Shown here in pieces: positions 13,521 to 25,700 of a stretch of DNA of 64,000 nt (position 1 is the first letter of the stretch; each line of letters starts with the position of its first letter). Made by a program: the position numbers and the translations under genes. The DNA lies in NCBI GenBank assembly GCA_024137785.1, contig JAHRHZ010000009.1, forward strand, positions 27,303,874-27,367,873, given 5' to 3'. This stretch comes from Ginglymostoma cirratum (lineage: Eukaryota). The notes under the pieces were generated by a model. It was not told the DNA's origin. It saw only the letters and a program-made list of their open reading frames with translations, and ran no database searches.

Positions 13521-15192
13521 GCCTGAGGGATTGAAAGTTAACACAACCTTGATACAAATCCAATAACTGTATTGCTAACAGTGTAAAACTTAAGTTACAA
13601 AGCAAGTTAAACAAAAAAATTACCCTCAAGATAGTGGGTCTACATTAACTGCAGACTGATTAGATTTGATTTGGTTAGGACTGACCCACGTACAGTGAGG
13701 CTGATGGTCTCTCTATCATCAGGATTGGATAATTGAGGGTTCTTAAATGTTTTTTATCCTTCAGCTGTGCAGCAACTGTCCTTGTGTCCAATCTTTCTGA
13801 CCTCCTTGATTGATATCTGGATATGTCATTAGTTCTGTATGGTCTACATTGAACTGAACTTAGTCCAATATGTCATGCGTAATCAATTTTCCTCACATAT
13901 TCCTCCTGTATGTAATTGTTTAACTTAAAAATATCTGGTGCACTTGCCTTTTGTCTGCTTCAAGTTCAAACATCTCACAACGATTTCTTTCTACAACCAG
14001 TTTCGAGCTATGTGCTGTGGTCTGCATCAAAGTTCCTTTACAAAACACAACTGGAACACTTATTTAGAAAAGTGTTTTACAAGCCAAAACATGTTCCAAG
14101 AATTTTCAGCTTTATTCCTTCACACCTTTGGAACAGATTGGCATATACCTGCAGGCCTGATATCTCCTTGTTGGTTCGGTTTTATTAATCTGTATTAGAA
14201 TACTGGTGTGAAGCACTTTTGACAAATTTTATTTTGATGAAGAAGCTATATAAATATGCATTGTTGTAGTTATAACTTCTGCCTGAATGTTCAGACACTG
14301 TTATCAGCATTGTGAACCCAATATCTGTCAATGTTATTTGCAATTAAAAGGTATTTCGACTCTATCTGGAAAACAAAGCTGAAACCATACCGAGACTTTT
14401 TCAAAAACTTTATTATTTTGAAACATGGTTTTGTTTCCAGTGCACAACCTCCTAGTAACTGATTATTTCCTGAAGGACTTTCAAATAAAAACATTGTGTA
14501 TGTGTTCTGCTTCTCCAGAATGAATCTACTTCACTTTTCTATGGAGATGTGATTTAGGAAATAACAACCTAGATTGTTTGTGTGTTGGAAATCAGCAATA
14601 GTTTGCTATTTTGCTCAAAGTTTTCCACTCCTCAACATTGCTTCTCATTTTCTCTAGAAATGTGGAAGGCAATATCCATTGAAGAAGTCCATGCAGGGTC
14701 AATGGGAAAAGTGGGTACACCCTTTCTACACTACGAACTAAGATGTGGAAAGTTTAAAGGTCCAATGTGAATGTTATTGAATGATTGAACAGACGAATGA
14801 ACTAATTGATAAGGTAAGATGGTAGGTTGGTAGGTTGGCAGGTGGCTGGGTAAGTGACAAGGCAGTCAGGCTGGGTCTGGTGGCTGAGGGTATTCAGAAC
14901 TAGTCAAAGTTAATGGTTAAGTAGTTGAACGTAGCATTGCCAGGAGGCACAAACAGAAAGAGTGGTGGGAGGATCAAGAGGAGCTAAGGGGTCAAAAGGA
15001 ATAGACAGGTCGTTGGAGATTATTTGGGTTGAGCCAGGAGGTAGTTGGGGTATAGGGGGAAGGAGAGTGCTAGGTGTTCAGGTGCATTTGCAAGTTCAGT
15101 GTGGGGTGTTTGTGGAATGAATTTGGTAATTATCGAGAACTTTGACTAGGTTTTAATTGATCTAACATTTCGCTTAACTATTCAGGTAGAAG

Positions 15193-15498
15193 CATAGAAT
15201 GCCTATAATGTGGAAACAGGCCATTGGGCCCATTGGGTCCACACTGACCTTCCGATGAGCTTCCCACTCAGCACACACCAACACCAACACCAATCCCTGT
15301 AACCCTGCATGTCCCGTGACTAATCCACCTAACCTCCACATCTTTGGACTGTGGGATGGAACCAGAGCACCTGGAGGAAACCCACATTAGACATGGGGAG
15401 AATGTGCAAGCTCCACACAGACTGTCGCCTGAGGGTGGAATTGAACCCGGGTTTCTGGCACTGTGAGACAGTAGTGTTAACCACGGAGCCACTGTGCC
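15193..15498 (-). mobile_element. HE1-type (V-SINE) tRNA-derived SINE
   Basis: Minus strand ggcacagtggctccgtggttaacactactgtctcacagtgccagaaacccgggttcaattcc (A/B boxes), the V-domain tgtgtggagcttgcacattctcccc, and a CR1-like tail. Confidence 0.85.
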
Positions 15499-17326
15499 AG
15501 ATGAACTGTCTTGCTCTAATTCAGAGTCAGTGATATTTGTACAGAGTCCTGGGAGCAAGCGTTTTGCCCATTGGAAGCACAGGCTTCCTGGGCAATTCCC
15601 TCAAACATTAGTGCATTGGGACTTTTGTATTGTTCGAGATCCAATTTTAGAGCCAATTTCAATGTTTTCAAAGCAGTATAATTACAATGCATCCAAGCAT
15701 TTTTAATCAGCTGACAGGCATTTAATGATTAGATTTTTTTTAATGGACGAAAGATAAATCAATTTCAAAATCAAGATTAGCCTGCAGTGCAATTGGACAG
15801 CATGTAATAGCAAAAGAATGTAAGAAATCAGTGGTGTGTATGAGATGCATGTTACTTTGTGCTTTCCTACTGCTATTTAGTCAACAAAAAACACACATAA
15901 CTAATTGTTTGTACTAGCATAGCTGTCAGTCCCTTTTAAAAATCATTTCCTTTGGAAACCTTTCAATATCCGTCACATAACCACTTGCTCAGCTGAGCAT
16001 GAAATGTTAACCTGCACACAATCTGCATCATTGAAAGAGAACAGCAGCCTGAAGTGCCTGGAAACATCTAAAGCAAAGCTATGAAGGATGCAATAATTTA
16101 CAATGTTCACTTGCATCTTTCTTAACAGATTAGCCTAGCCAATTACCGAGAGTAGATCTGATGTAAATGTCATTGTTGGTACAATTTTGAGGCTCAGACA
16201 TTCCCTCTTTAAAAATGATTTCAGTCTTGACCAACAAATCTGCAGGAAAGAACATTGTGAGGAAAGAGCATTGTGCACCTGTGACTTTTGGAATAGTAAG
16301 TTTATTTGCTTTCCCACCCCATTCACTAAAATGTCAGAACAGTAACTTTACTAAAGCACCACTTAATGAGACAAGAGCCAAACCATTACCTGTGGATCCA
16401 AGCGTAAAGGAAGGAAATTTCTACAGGATGGAGGAGAGAAAATCTGGATGCAAAGCCTAGAGGGATTCTTTCACTGGTGTGAGGAAGCACTAAATTGGAC
16501 TTTATGAAGCTTAAGGAGATCATACCAGCAATTAAATAGTATGCTTGACGTAGGAAGAGATCACAGAGACTGAAAGCGCACTAACAGCCACAAGCTGCAC
16601 TCCGAATTAATGGAGAAAAGGAACTGTAAGAACATAACTGAAGTACTTAGTACTGGAAAAATACCGTTGCGAATGACCTGAGCAACCTGTATGCAGCCAT
16701 CATGGAAATTTGTCATTTCACGCTGCTACAATACAAATAACAACAGAAGTTGTCCACTAACAGAATGCTACTATTAAACCAAAATGACATTATTCCCATC
16801 AAATGAGTAATATGATTGATGAATTTCAGTGCCTGCGTAATGTCAGGTATATAACAAATGACTAGTGGATCATATCTCTGCAACTGTACACAATAGATAC
16901 AGTAGTGACTGTATTCAATCAGCCTATTCCTTCAAAACTCAGAACGTAATACCTAACATCAGATGTGATCAGTGGCTCTTGCTGAACATTCATGGGTGCA
17001 CAAGAATTAGGTTAAAGACAAATTTATAAATTGGCTTACAATGTGGCTCATTGAAAATAGTGCTTGCATAAGTAGCAACAGGTCCTCTGCAGGAGAAAAG
17101 AAATATGTCTGAGTATCATACCTTTTTGTTTTGGATTAAACAAAAGCACGAGGCATTTTCTGTGGCAATACTTTGACCAATCAGAGTCGGCTTGCCAACC
17201 AATCGGCTGACTTTCTTCATGTAGTTGCTGCTCCTTTGAAAGTTGGCATTCTGTGTTTCAGTCCTGATAAGTGCCTGAAGAAAAGCTTTAACAACATAAA
17301 ACTGATTTTAGAGTTGACCAATCTAT

Positions 17327-17425
17327 AGTTCCGAAGAAGTCATATTCGACTCAAAACATTAACTTTGTTTCCCTCTTCACTGACTCCAGACCTGCTGATT
17401 TTCTCCTGCGCATTGTTTTCATTCC
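17327..17425 (+). mobile_element. Short Penelope-derived insert with decayed hammerhead motif
   Basis: AGTT-CCGAAGA-AGTCATATTCGACTC-AAAACATT-AACT, followed by the family tail ccagacctgctga. Confidence 0.6.
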
Positions 17426-17886
17426 ATTTGCAGATTGGTGAATATTGATAGATTTCACTTCCATGCTGAAGAACCTAATCTGTGATAACAGCTTTTCTAA
17501 TTCTATTTAATATTCTTCCAAAACTTTGATTTGTAGCATCAGAAGTATTACGTTTTGTGAATTATAAATCAGTCTCTTTCACCGCAATCAGTTTTCCTTT
17601 GTTTTGTTCTAACGTTAATGATTTTCATTCTTAGGCTTGCTTGTTGATAAATGCAAATGTTTTCTTCAGGTGTGATTAAGAACTCAAATAATACTAAATT
17701 AAATATTTTAAAAGATGTGAAGTATGTAAGCACTGCAAGGTGCCGTGAATTGCTGTCTTTTAAACTCTTGTCATTTGAAATTTGAACGCAGCCCAGAGAG
17801 ATCATGTGAAAATAGTCTCCAATTTATCTACAGGTGATAAGTTTAAGTATTTTGAATTAAATGGATAGAGTCAGTTGAACAATATT

Positions 17887-18830
17887 GAACATAGAACAGT
17901 ACAGCACAGTACAGGCCCTTCAGCCCACGATGTTGTGCCAACCTATTATCCTACTAAGATCAAACTACCCTGCATACCTTGCATTTTACTATCCTCCATG
18001 TGCCTATCCAAGAGTCGCTTAAATGTCTCTAATGTATCTGACTCCACTACCACTGCTGGCAGCGCATTCCACATGCCCACCACTCTCTGTGTAAAGAACC
18101 TACCTCTGACATCTTCACTATACCTTCCTCCAAACACCTTAAAATTATGCCCCCTCGTAATGTCATTTCCGCCCTGGGAAAAGGTCTCTGGCTATCCACT
18201 CTATCTATGCCTCTCATCATCTTGTGCACCTCTATTAAGTCACCTCTCATCCTTCTTTGCTCCAATGAAAAAAGCCCTAGCTCCGTCAACATTTCTTCAT
18301 AAGACCTGCCCTCCAGTCCAGGCAGCATCCTGGTAAATCTCCTCTGCACCCTCTCTAAAGCTTCCACATCCTTCCTATAATGAGGCGACCAGAACTGAAC
18401 ACAATATTCCAAGTGTGGTCTAGCCACAGTTTTATAGAGCTGCAGCATAGTCTTGCGGCTCTTAAACTCAATTCCCCTGCCAATGAAAACCAACACACCA
18501 TACGCCTTCTTTACAACCCTGTCAACTTGGGTAGCAACTTTGAGGGATCTATGGACGTGCACCCCAAGATCCCTTTGTTCCTCCACACTGCCAAGAATCC
18601 TGCCATTAACCCTGTATTCTGCATTCAAATTCGATCTTCCAAAATGAATCACTTCACACTTTTTCCAGGTTGAATTCCATCTGCCACTTCTTTGCCCAGT
18701 TCTGCATCCTGTCAATGTCCTGTCGCAACCTACAACAGCCCTCCACACTAGCCACAATTCCACTAACCTTTGTGTCATCAGAAAGCTTACTAACCCACCC
18801 TTCCACTTCCTCATCCAAGTCATTTATAAA
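17887..18830 (-). mobile_element. CR1 LINE (HER1-like), 5'-truncated and frameshifted RT C-terminus
   Basis: FINDLDEEVEGWVSKLSDDTKV, CEVIHFGRSN, RPHLEYCVQFWSPHY, RGDLIEV and FFTQRVVGMWNALP are spread across three frames. Tail gttctatgttc. Confidence 0.93.
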
Positions 18831-19269
18831 GTATTTGCTCAGGGTATGGCACAAATTGACACATGGGTGGCTTAAGAACCATGGGCAGGACATTTGTTCC
18901 AGAATCAGAACATAGATGTTAGGACTGTGCCTGTGTCCTGATTCCTGCCTGCACAACATATGCCTGGGTAGACACAGTCACAATTCCAATTTTTCACAGA
19001 AGTAGACTGTTAATTGGTTAAAGGGCTGGTTGGGTGGCAAAGTAGCAGCTATGGGGATGAAAACAGAGGTGGGATTGTGAGGAAGTGGGCCCAATTTAAG
19101 CACACAATGGCAACCATCAGTGTGGCTGTCACCTCCTGATGGTGGAAAGACGTCATTGTAGTATACTGGACATGCTGCCTCTCTGTTGGGGAGGAGCAAA
19201 TCAGCAAGTTTAATATGGCTGCCAGCTGCAAGCCCATTCGTCAATCATTTCTTGCAGCTCAATACAAAG

Positions 19270-20100
19270 CAGTCTGAAGAGATAAAGTCCCAAAACCCCA
19301 CGGCAGGAACAACCTATTGTTCAGGAATATGCACCTGGAGGTCCTCTTTGAGACAGTGAGGGACAAGGATGGATTTCCTCCTCCCATCGTGTAGCAGGAC
19401 TAGGCTAAGCCAGCAAAACTATCAGGCTTGTAGAGACAGAGGCTGCTGTCAGTGAACAGACATAATGTGATTTGCAGAAATTGGATCCAGTGTCAGATAA
19501 AATTAACTGGCCAAATTTGACCAAATTTATAAAGTGAGTTCAAAGCAGACGGGCCTGAACAAGTGTTCACGCTACAGCAGACACTTTAGCTGAGGAAACT
19601 GAGGTGCACGTTGCCCCCAAACATGGGACCAGTGTGTGACGAGGTTACTTCCTGATGCCACCCAGAAGGCCTGGGAGTCTTTGTGCAGTTTTGAACTTGC
19701 CAGCGCTAAAGATATGTCACTTCTAATGAATAGAAGTAGCTGACATTGAGACAATAAGCACTGCAGATGCTGGAAGCCAGAGTATAGAGGGGTGAGGCTG
19801 GAAAAGCACAGCCGGTCAGACAGTGTCCAAGGAGCAGGTCATTCAACTTTTCGGGCCAAAATTGACCACAGAGATTTGTGCTGCCATATCCCTCTCTAAC
19901 TCTCTATGCCTTTTCTTTGTCCTTTCAGGTAAAAGAAAAACAGCCTTCTAGTGCCCAACACAGAATCCAGATGAGGGATGGGTTCGAGACCAATCTGTCA
20001 TCGCCACTTTGGAGGTGGAGGGCATGGACTTTACCAGAGTCACTAACCACATTGAAGTCGAGAAAGGTAGGATGAACCATGCTGGGGATGGGGATGAGGA
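19270..20100 (+). mobile_element. Harbinger-like transposon relic (Myb/SANT ORF)
   Basis: FRNMHLEVLFETVRDK and VNRHNVICRNWIQCQIKL resemble the Harbinger Myb/SANT domain (R.W.QC.KK.N). Interrupted by frameshifts and an inserted PLE tail at ~19750-19860. Confidence 0.5.
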
Positions 20101-21899
20101 TTAGGGAGTGCAATGTTGAGGGGTTGAGTTCATTGAAGAGTTGCAGCTATGACTGGTTCCCCACCGTGTTGCTGTCTCCGTACAGCTGAGCTGCCCAGGC
20201 AACACAATCAGCCTTTACATTCCTGACAAATTCTAAACAAAGCCCTCAGTAAGTTCACGGTGAGTACATAGGCACTTTTACCACCTCGAGCAGTTCCTCA
20301 GCACTACCCTCCACCTACCATGCTGAGAGTCACCAAAAGTGGCAATGACAATGAGAAGCTGTAATGTCAGTTGGCCCTAATGTTTTTGTCCTTGTCTGCT
20401 TCTGTTCCCCCAAATGGCAGATACCTCAGAATGCAGCCCTATTGTTTTGAAACTGGAGCTAAGGTTGCTGGATGCAAGCAAATTTAAAATTACACAAAAG
20501 GAGATTTTCCATTGGCTACAGTTTACTCTGGAATGATCACAGTTATGGAACTGTCCTACGGGAACAGAAGAATGAAGAAAAGCTGAAGGAAAATTAATCT
20601 GAAAATATTGTGAAAAAGGAATCATTAAATCCTTTAACTAAATTGTGTAAAATTCCAGAAGCCATCAACATCCCATTATGCAAGGGCATCCTGAAGGTAG
20701 GCGCTATGAGAACTTGAATGTAGACTATTTGCATTAAAATCTCCATATGTTAAGTAAACCCTCTTATGTCTTCACAAACCGACTCAAAGGTGGAAATGTA
20801 TGTTCCGCTAAAATGGGAAGAGATCTGGAATGGCCAGACTGTTCACTCCTTTACTCCTGTTAACTCAATTTACATTAAAGTAGGGAATGTGCCCTCAATG
20901 ATGTTATGTTATCCTTGATTTTTTACATAGAGCTGGCATTAAATATCAACATTAAGTTCACAAAATTGGTGGTAGCAGTTCAGTTAGTTCTGATACAAAT
21001 TACCCATTTTTTTTCATGGATGCTCCAAAGTGTACCCTGCAATTCTTCATTATATATTCAAATTGACACTTTAAAGGCCAGTGCTGGAATCTAGTGGTGG
21101 AGACAGGGATTCCTGCTGCTGACTAGCCCTGCATCTTGTCAGGAAGGCCTGCCTTATACTGTAAAGCTGAGGCACTTGACAGGCTAGTGGCAAGTCTCCT
21201 GAGTTTAAGGACATCAGGGACACAAGAGCTGGCCTTTGAGAACTGATAGTTACTGATTGATTTTGTGGCTGCTACTGCATCCATCCAACGTCTTTGATTA
21301 AAGGGGGACCCAGTACATGTGAGTGACAACAGGGAGAAGTTTGCAGGGAGGTTGAGGTCATGGATCATCAACGAGGACAAGAATCACTTTCAGTGGGACA
21401 CTCTTCCTGATGCTAAATCCCTTTTTCAGGACTTTCATTGAAGGACATACAACAGTAAATGTGCCAGGGTTACTTTTTATGCTCCCAACATGGTCGGTGA
21501 TTGTTGTCTGGCATGATGTCTTATTATATATTATCCAAGTTAGCATGCTTTGTGATGATTAGTTGATAAGCTAAAGTTCAGATACATATCTATCTATGTC
21601 TTTGCAGGACTTGACTGTTGCTCTTTACAATGTCATATGATCACGGTTGGATACAATGACATTGTACCTTTCGACAACTGCATGTGATTGTATAAAAGTT
21701 TCAAACTTGTATTTTTTTCTCCTTGGTTCAACTTAGTATAACTGTTGGCATGCTCATTGATCATAATTATTTGATTTGAAACATGATTATGTACAAATGT
21801 TCCTCCCAGTCTGCCATTATCCTATGACCTCTACCATGAGGCAATGTAGGCAGATATCTTAAGCTCACTTCAATAAAGCTGCCATGTTGAGCACACTGC

Positions 21900-24800
21900 T
21901 ATATTGTACACTCAAAACAAATGCTAGATGTGGGATTAGGTGACGGCTGTAGAGTTGTAAGAAAGTGCAGCTACTGACAAGGAGACACAACTATATGAAT
22001 TGCTTTGAGCCGCCACTAAAATAAATGAAACACTGGTTAAGAGAAAATAGTAGCAGGTTTTCCCCTTCCAGCTCCTGTTCTCTATTAGGGGATATGAAAC
22101 AAAACTGTCACTTCTTCCACGTGAAATGGCGGAACTATGAAGCAGCAATAGATTTGTTGAGCAAACCAAAAAAATTCCAAGTTGCCATAGTGTTACACTA
22201 TTGCTGTCTGTCTGTTTCCATTTCTTTATTGGGACTTTGTAGCAATTGATACAACTGAGTGGCTTGATAGACCTGTTCAAATGGTAGTTGGGGATGAACC
22301 ACATAGCTGTGGGTCTGGAGTCACATGTAGGCAATACCAGGTGAGGATGGTAAATTTTCTTCTCTAAAGGACATTACTTAACCAGTTGGTTTATTTCTGA
22401 CAATCAATAATGGTTTCATGGTCATCATTAGATCCCTAATTCCAGATTTTATCAAAGGCACGCTTTGACCCCCCAAGTGGATGTTCCATTTGAACAGTAG
22501 GCATTCAACATTGGGGAACAAAGTGTAAAAGCATCAGTTGATCAATTATGTAACTTCATTAACTCAGCTCTCAGAAACCTCTGATTTGCACAATTAAAGG
22601 ATGATCTATTTAAAAACAGGATTGAATTAGGCGTAGTTCAGGAGTGAAGTCATGGGTCACTGTGAGAGGAGGAACTGGAAGAGGAAGTGACGTTTGCAGC
22701 AGAGCTGAATTAACAGATAGAGCATAGTCATGTCAGAAAGACCTGATCTAGTACTATGCTGACAGATCCTCGTAGAAAAAAGAGGCAGAACAAACAGAGA
22801 CAAAATGAAAGATGCAAATACTACAAAGGGGCAGAAGGCATGGGGAAAGTAATGTTCTCGCATTTTCACTGCAAAAAGCCTAATCATTCTGCACAAAAGG
22901 GTCTGGCTAAAAAGGCACTCAACACACCAGTACAGATGGCCACTGGCAGATATTGGATGAAGATTCCGACGAATCAGTCTACACTGTACAACAGGTTGGT
23001 TCAGTCAAGTTGATAGGTGAGACAAAATTTATAACAGTTGAAGTGAGAACTGCAGAAAGAGAATATCAGCTAAACGTAAAATGTTAAAGACTGGCGCATG
23101 ATTCAATATCTGCTTCACAGACCTTTGTGAAGCAGCTCAATTTGGCATTCCAAAAATGAAACCCTCAAAAGTAAGATTAAAGCTGTAACGTGCCACCATA
23201 CTCATGCTGAGAAGATAGATTACTCTATGGCTAAAATTGAAATACTGCAGATGCTGAAATCTGAAATAAACATAAAAAATGCTGGATAAAGTCAGGATGC
23301 CTAGCTACATCTGTAGAGAGAAAAATAGAGGTAATGTTTTGAGTCTGATATGATTTCTTTAGAACTGTGGATCCATTCAAACAATATGATTGAGGATCTC
23401 AAGTGCCAGACCATAGATGGAAAACAAGTGCCACTCACCTCAATCGCCACAAGCCTAGAACTTGGATTGATAATGATTAATGTTCCAAAAGAGATTTGTG
23501 ATGTGTCGTAGCACATTAAACTCTTCACCATTGAACCACATCTCAGAGAAGTACAGTGAAAAGTTAACAGTTTTAGGAGGTCTTCCAGGAGACTACTATC
23601 TTGATGTAGCTGAGAATGAAAGACCAGATTAGCGTCTGCTGAGGGACATTCTGGCTATTCTCAAGGCCAGCCCGAAAGCCAAGGTAGAAGAGCTGGAAAT
23701 GAAGGAAGTAATTAAGAAAGTGAAAACTCCGACATTATTAGCATTAGCATGAAATTATTAGAATTTGCAGCATGGTGACAATGAAACAACTTGGAAAGCT
23801 GAGACTTTGCACTGAACTAAAGGTCTAAACAAAGCTCTGAAGAGATCTTACTGCCCCATACATATTGAAGAAATTTGGCACAATTAGCACAAGCAAAGAT
23901 TTTCCCCACACTAGCTGTGAAAGGTGGTTACTGACAAGTGAATCTGGATGAAAGCAACAGTTTTCAAACCACATTCAAGATGCTGTTCAGAAGATACAGA
24001 AGGTTGTGCATGCCATTTGATATTTGCAGAATGTATTTTTGTAGACAACATGAGATAGGCAGTTCTCTCCCTGAAGTGGCAGGTACAGGAGATAATCTGC
24101 TAGATTATTGACGAGGAGACTCAATGGAAGAAGCTATTGCTAGCCATGGTCAAAATCTAGTTTGACTCACCAAATGAACCTGAAGATGAATGAGGAAATA
24201 TTACAATTAATAATATCTGAAGTCAAATGCAAAGGCAATATATTGATAGCAGTAGGTCTTCACCTGGATCTCGAGAAAGTGAGAGTTGTAGCAGAGACCA
24301 ATAGGTGTAAGAGTGGTGCACCTTTTTTTTGGATTAATCAGCAATTTGACAGAATTCTTGTCCAATTCAAAGCAGAGAAAAAGAAACAGCATTCACTAAA
24401 ATCCAGCAATAGCGATGGCAATGCCAGTGCTGATATAATATGATGTAAATAATGATGGTACCCTGCAATGTGACACCAGTGAGACAAGACATGGTGCAAC
24501 CCTAAAGCAACAAGTTTCAACAGTTATATTTGGAGGGTTGACACAATCAGGCCAATGTTACGCATTGTCTTTATGATCATTTCCTTCAATACCTACCAGG
24601 AGGATACAAAGTGACACAAGCCACTTCAAACCATTTTCCTCAAGCCCATTCTGTCACCTCCAAGTATTTTCAAGGAACATTACTCTGGTTATAGAGATAT
24701 CCTCTGGATGTGACATAAAAGCAAGAGAAACAGAAGTATATTGCAGACCTGGTGTCAAGAGCTACATTCCCAATGAAGAAAATAGAGGATGTTATGATTG

Positions 24801-25700
24801 AATGTGACATTTTCCCGGATTGAATGTGAAGCTAATTATGCTCTGGAAGTCATCAATTCAGCAGAAACATTGAATCTAACTGTTTGTAAATGTCTATGAG
24901 TCTATAAAATACACATGTACACATCTTAATCTCAATTCAATAATCCCTGAACTAGTACTTTTGCACCATTTTTGCCATTCTCTCAAACAATGCATCGTGC
25001 ATATTTGGTTAATTGTTGAGAGTGTGGGACGGAGAAACTGTGTGGATCCACACAGTCTAGTAAACAGGAGAGATGCTGGTGTGGATAAACCATTGCCTAC
25101 AGGAGTTATAGACAGGAGTTAATACAGCTATCCAAAAATCTTGGCAAATTGTTTTATATTTAATGATTGTGAATTTTATGGTACAAGTAGCGCATTCTGC
25201 AAAATCCTTCAAAAGAAGGTAGCCAGGAGAGAAGGTGATATGTTGGGCACCACATTTCTTGCAAGTGCTATGGAAGGGTGCACTAGTGATCTTCATACTG
25301 TTGTCAGAACCAATTTGTTGATTTACACTGAACGTATTGAATATGGTGGTCAATGCGTCGACAAATGTTGTGCTCACGGAATCATTGATTTATTGCACAA
25401 AAAGAAATGTAATTGTGCATTGGATATGGAAGATATCAATTACAATCTAGCCTCATGGCTCATGTTCATAGAATAGGTCAAAGAATGTGGTAGGGAAGAT
25501 TGTTGAGGTTGATGGAATTGGTATGGGGCACATAGGCTTGATGGTGATTGGTGTCCTATATATGGCAGGACATTATATGGATCCAAGCATTGATATCTGG
25601 AATTTTTTCTGTGTCCCTGGGACTGCTATATATAAGCTTTAATATATTTGAATGTATATATTGCGGAATTAAAACTTATTTGTCTTTCATTATTACATGT
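21900..25700 (+). mobile_element. Decayed Ty3/Gypsy LTR retrotransposon(s): gag, RT, RNase H and integrase relics
   Basis: gag-like RFDPQVDVPFEQ*AFN...LKDDLFKNRIELGV at ~22460-22640. RT AQLAQAKIFPTLAVKGGY*QVNLDESNSFQTTFKMLFRRYRRLCMPFDI at ~23880-24025. RNase H PLQTIFLKPIL at ~24620. PPT-like tagggaaga then a TG...CA LTR candidate at 25501-25697. Confidence 0.7.
23240..23368 (-). mobile_element. Short Penelope-derived insert within the Gypsy relic
   Basis: Family tail actgcagatgctgaaatctgaaataaa. Minus-strand AGTT-CTAAAGA-AATCATATCAGACTC-AAAACATT is a decayed hammerhead. Confidence 0.6.

Noticed and set aside
18047-18823. 258-aa ORF, the longest in the window
   Set aside because: Frameshifted CR1 reverse-transcriptase C-terminus, not a host gene.
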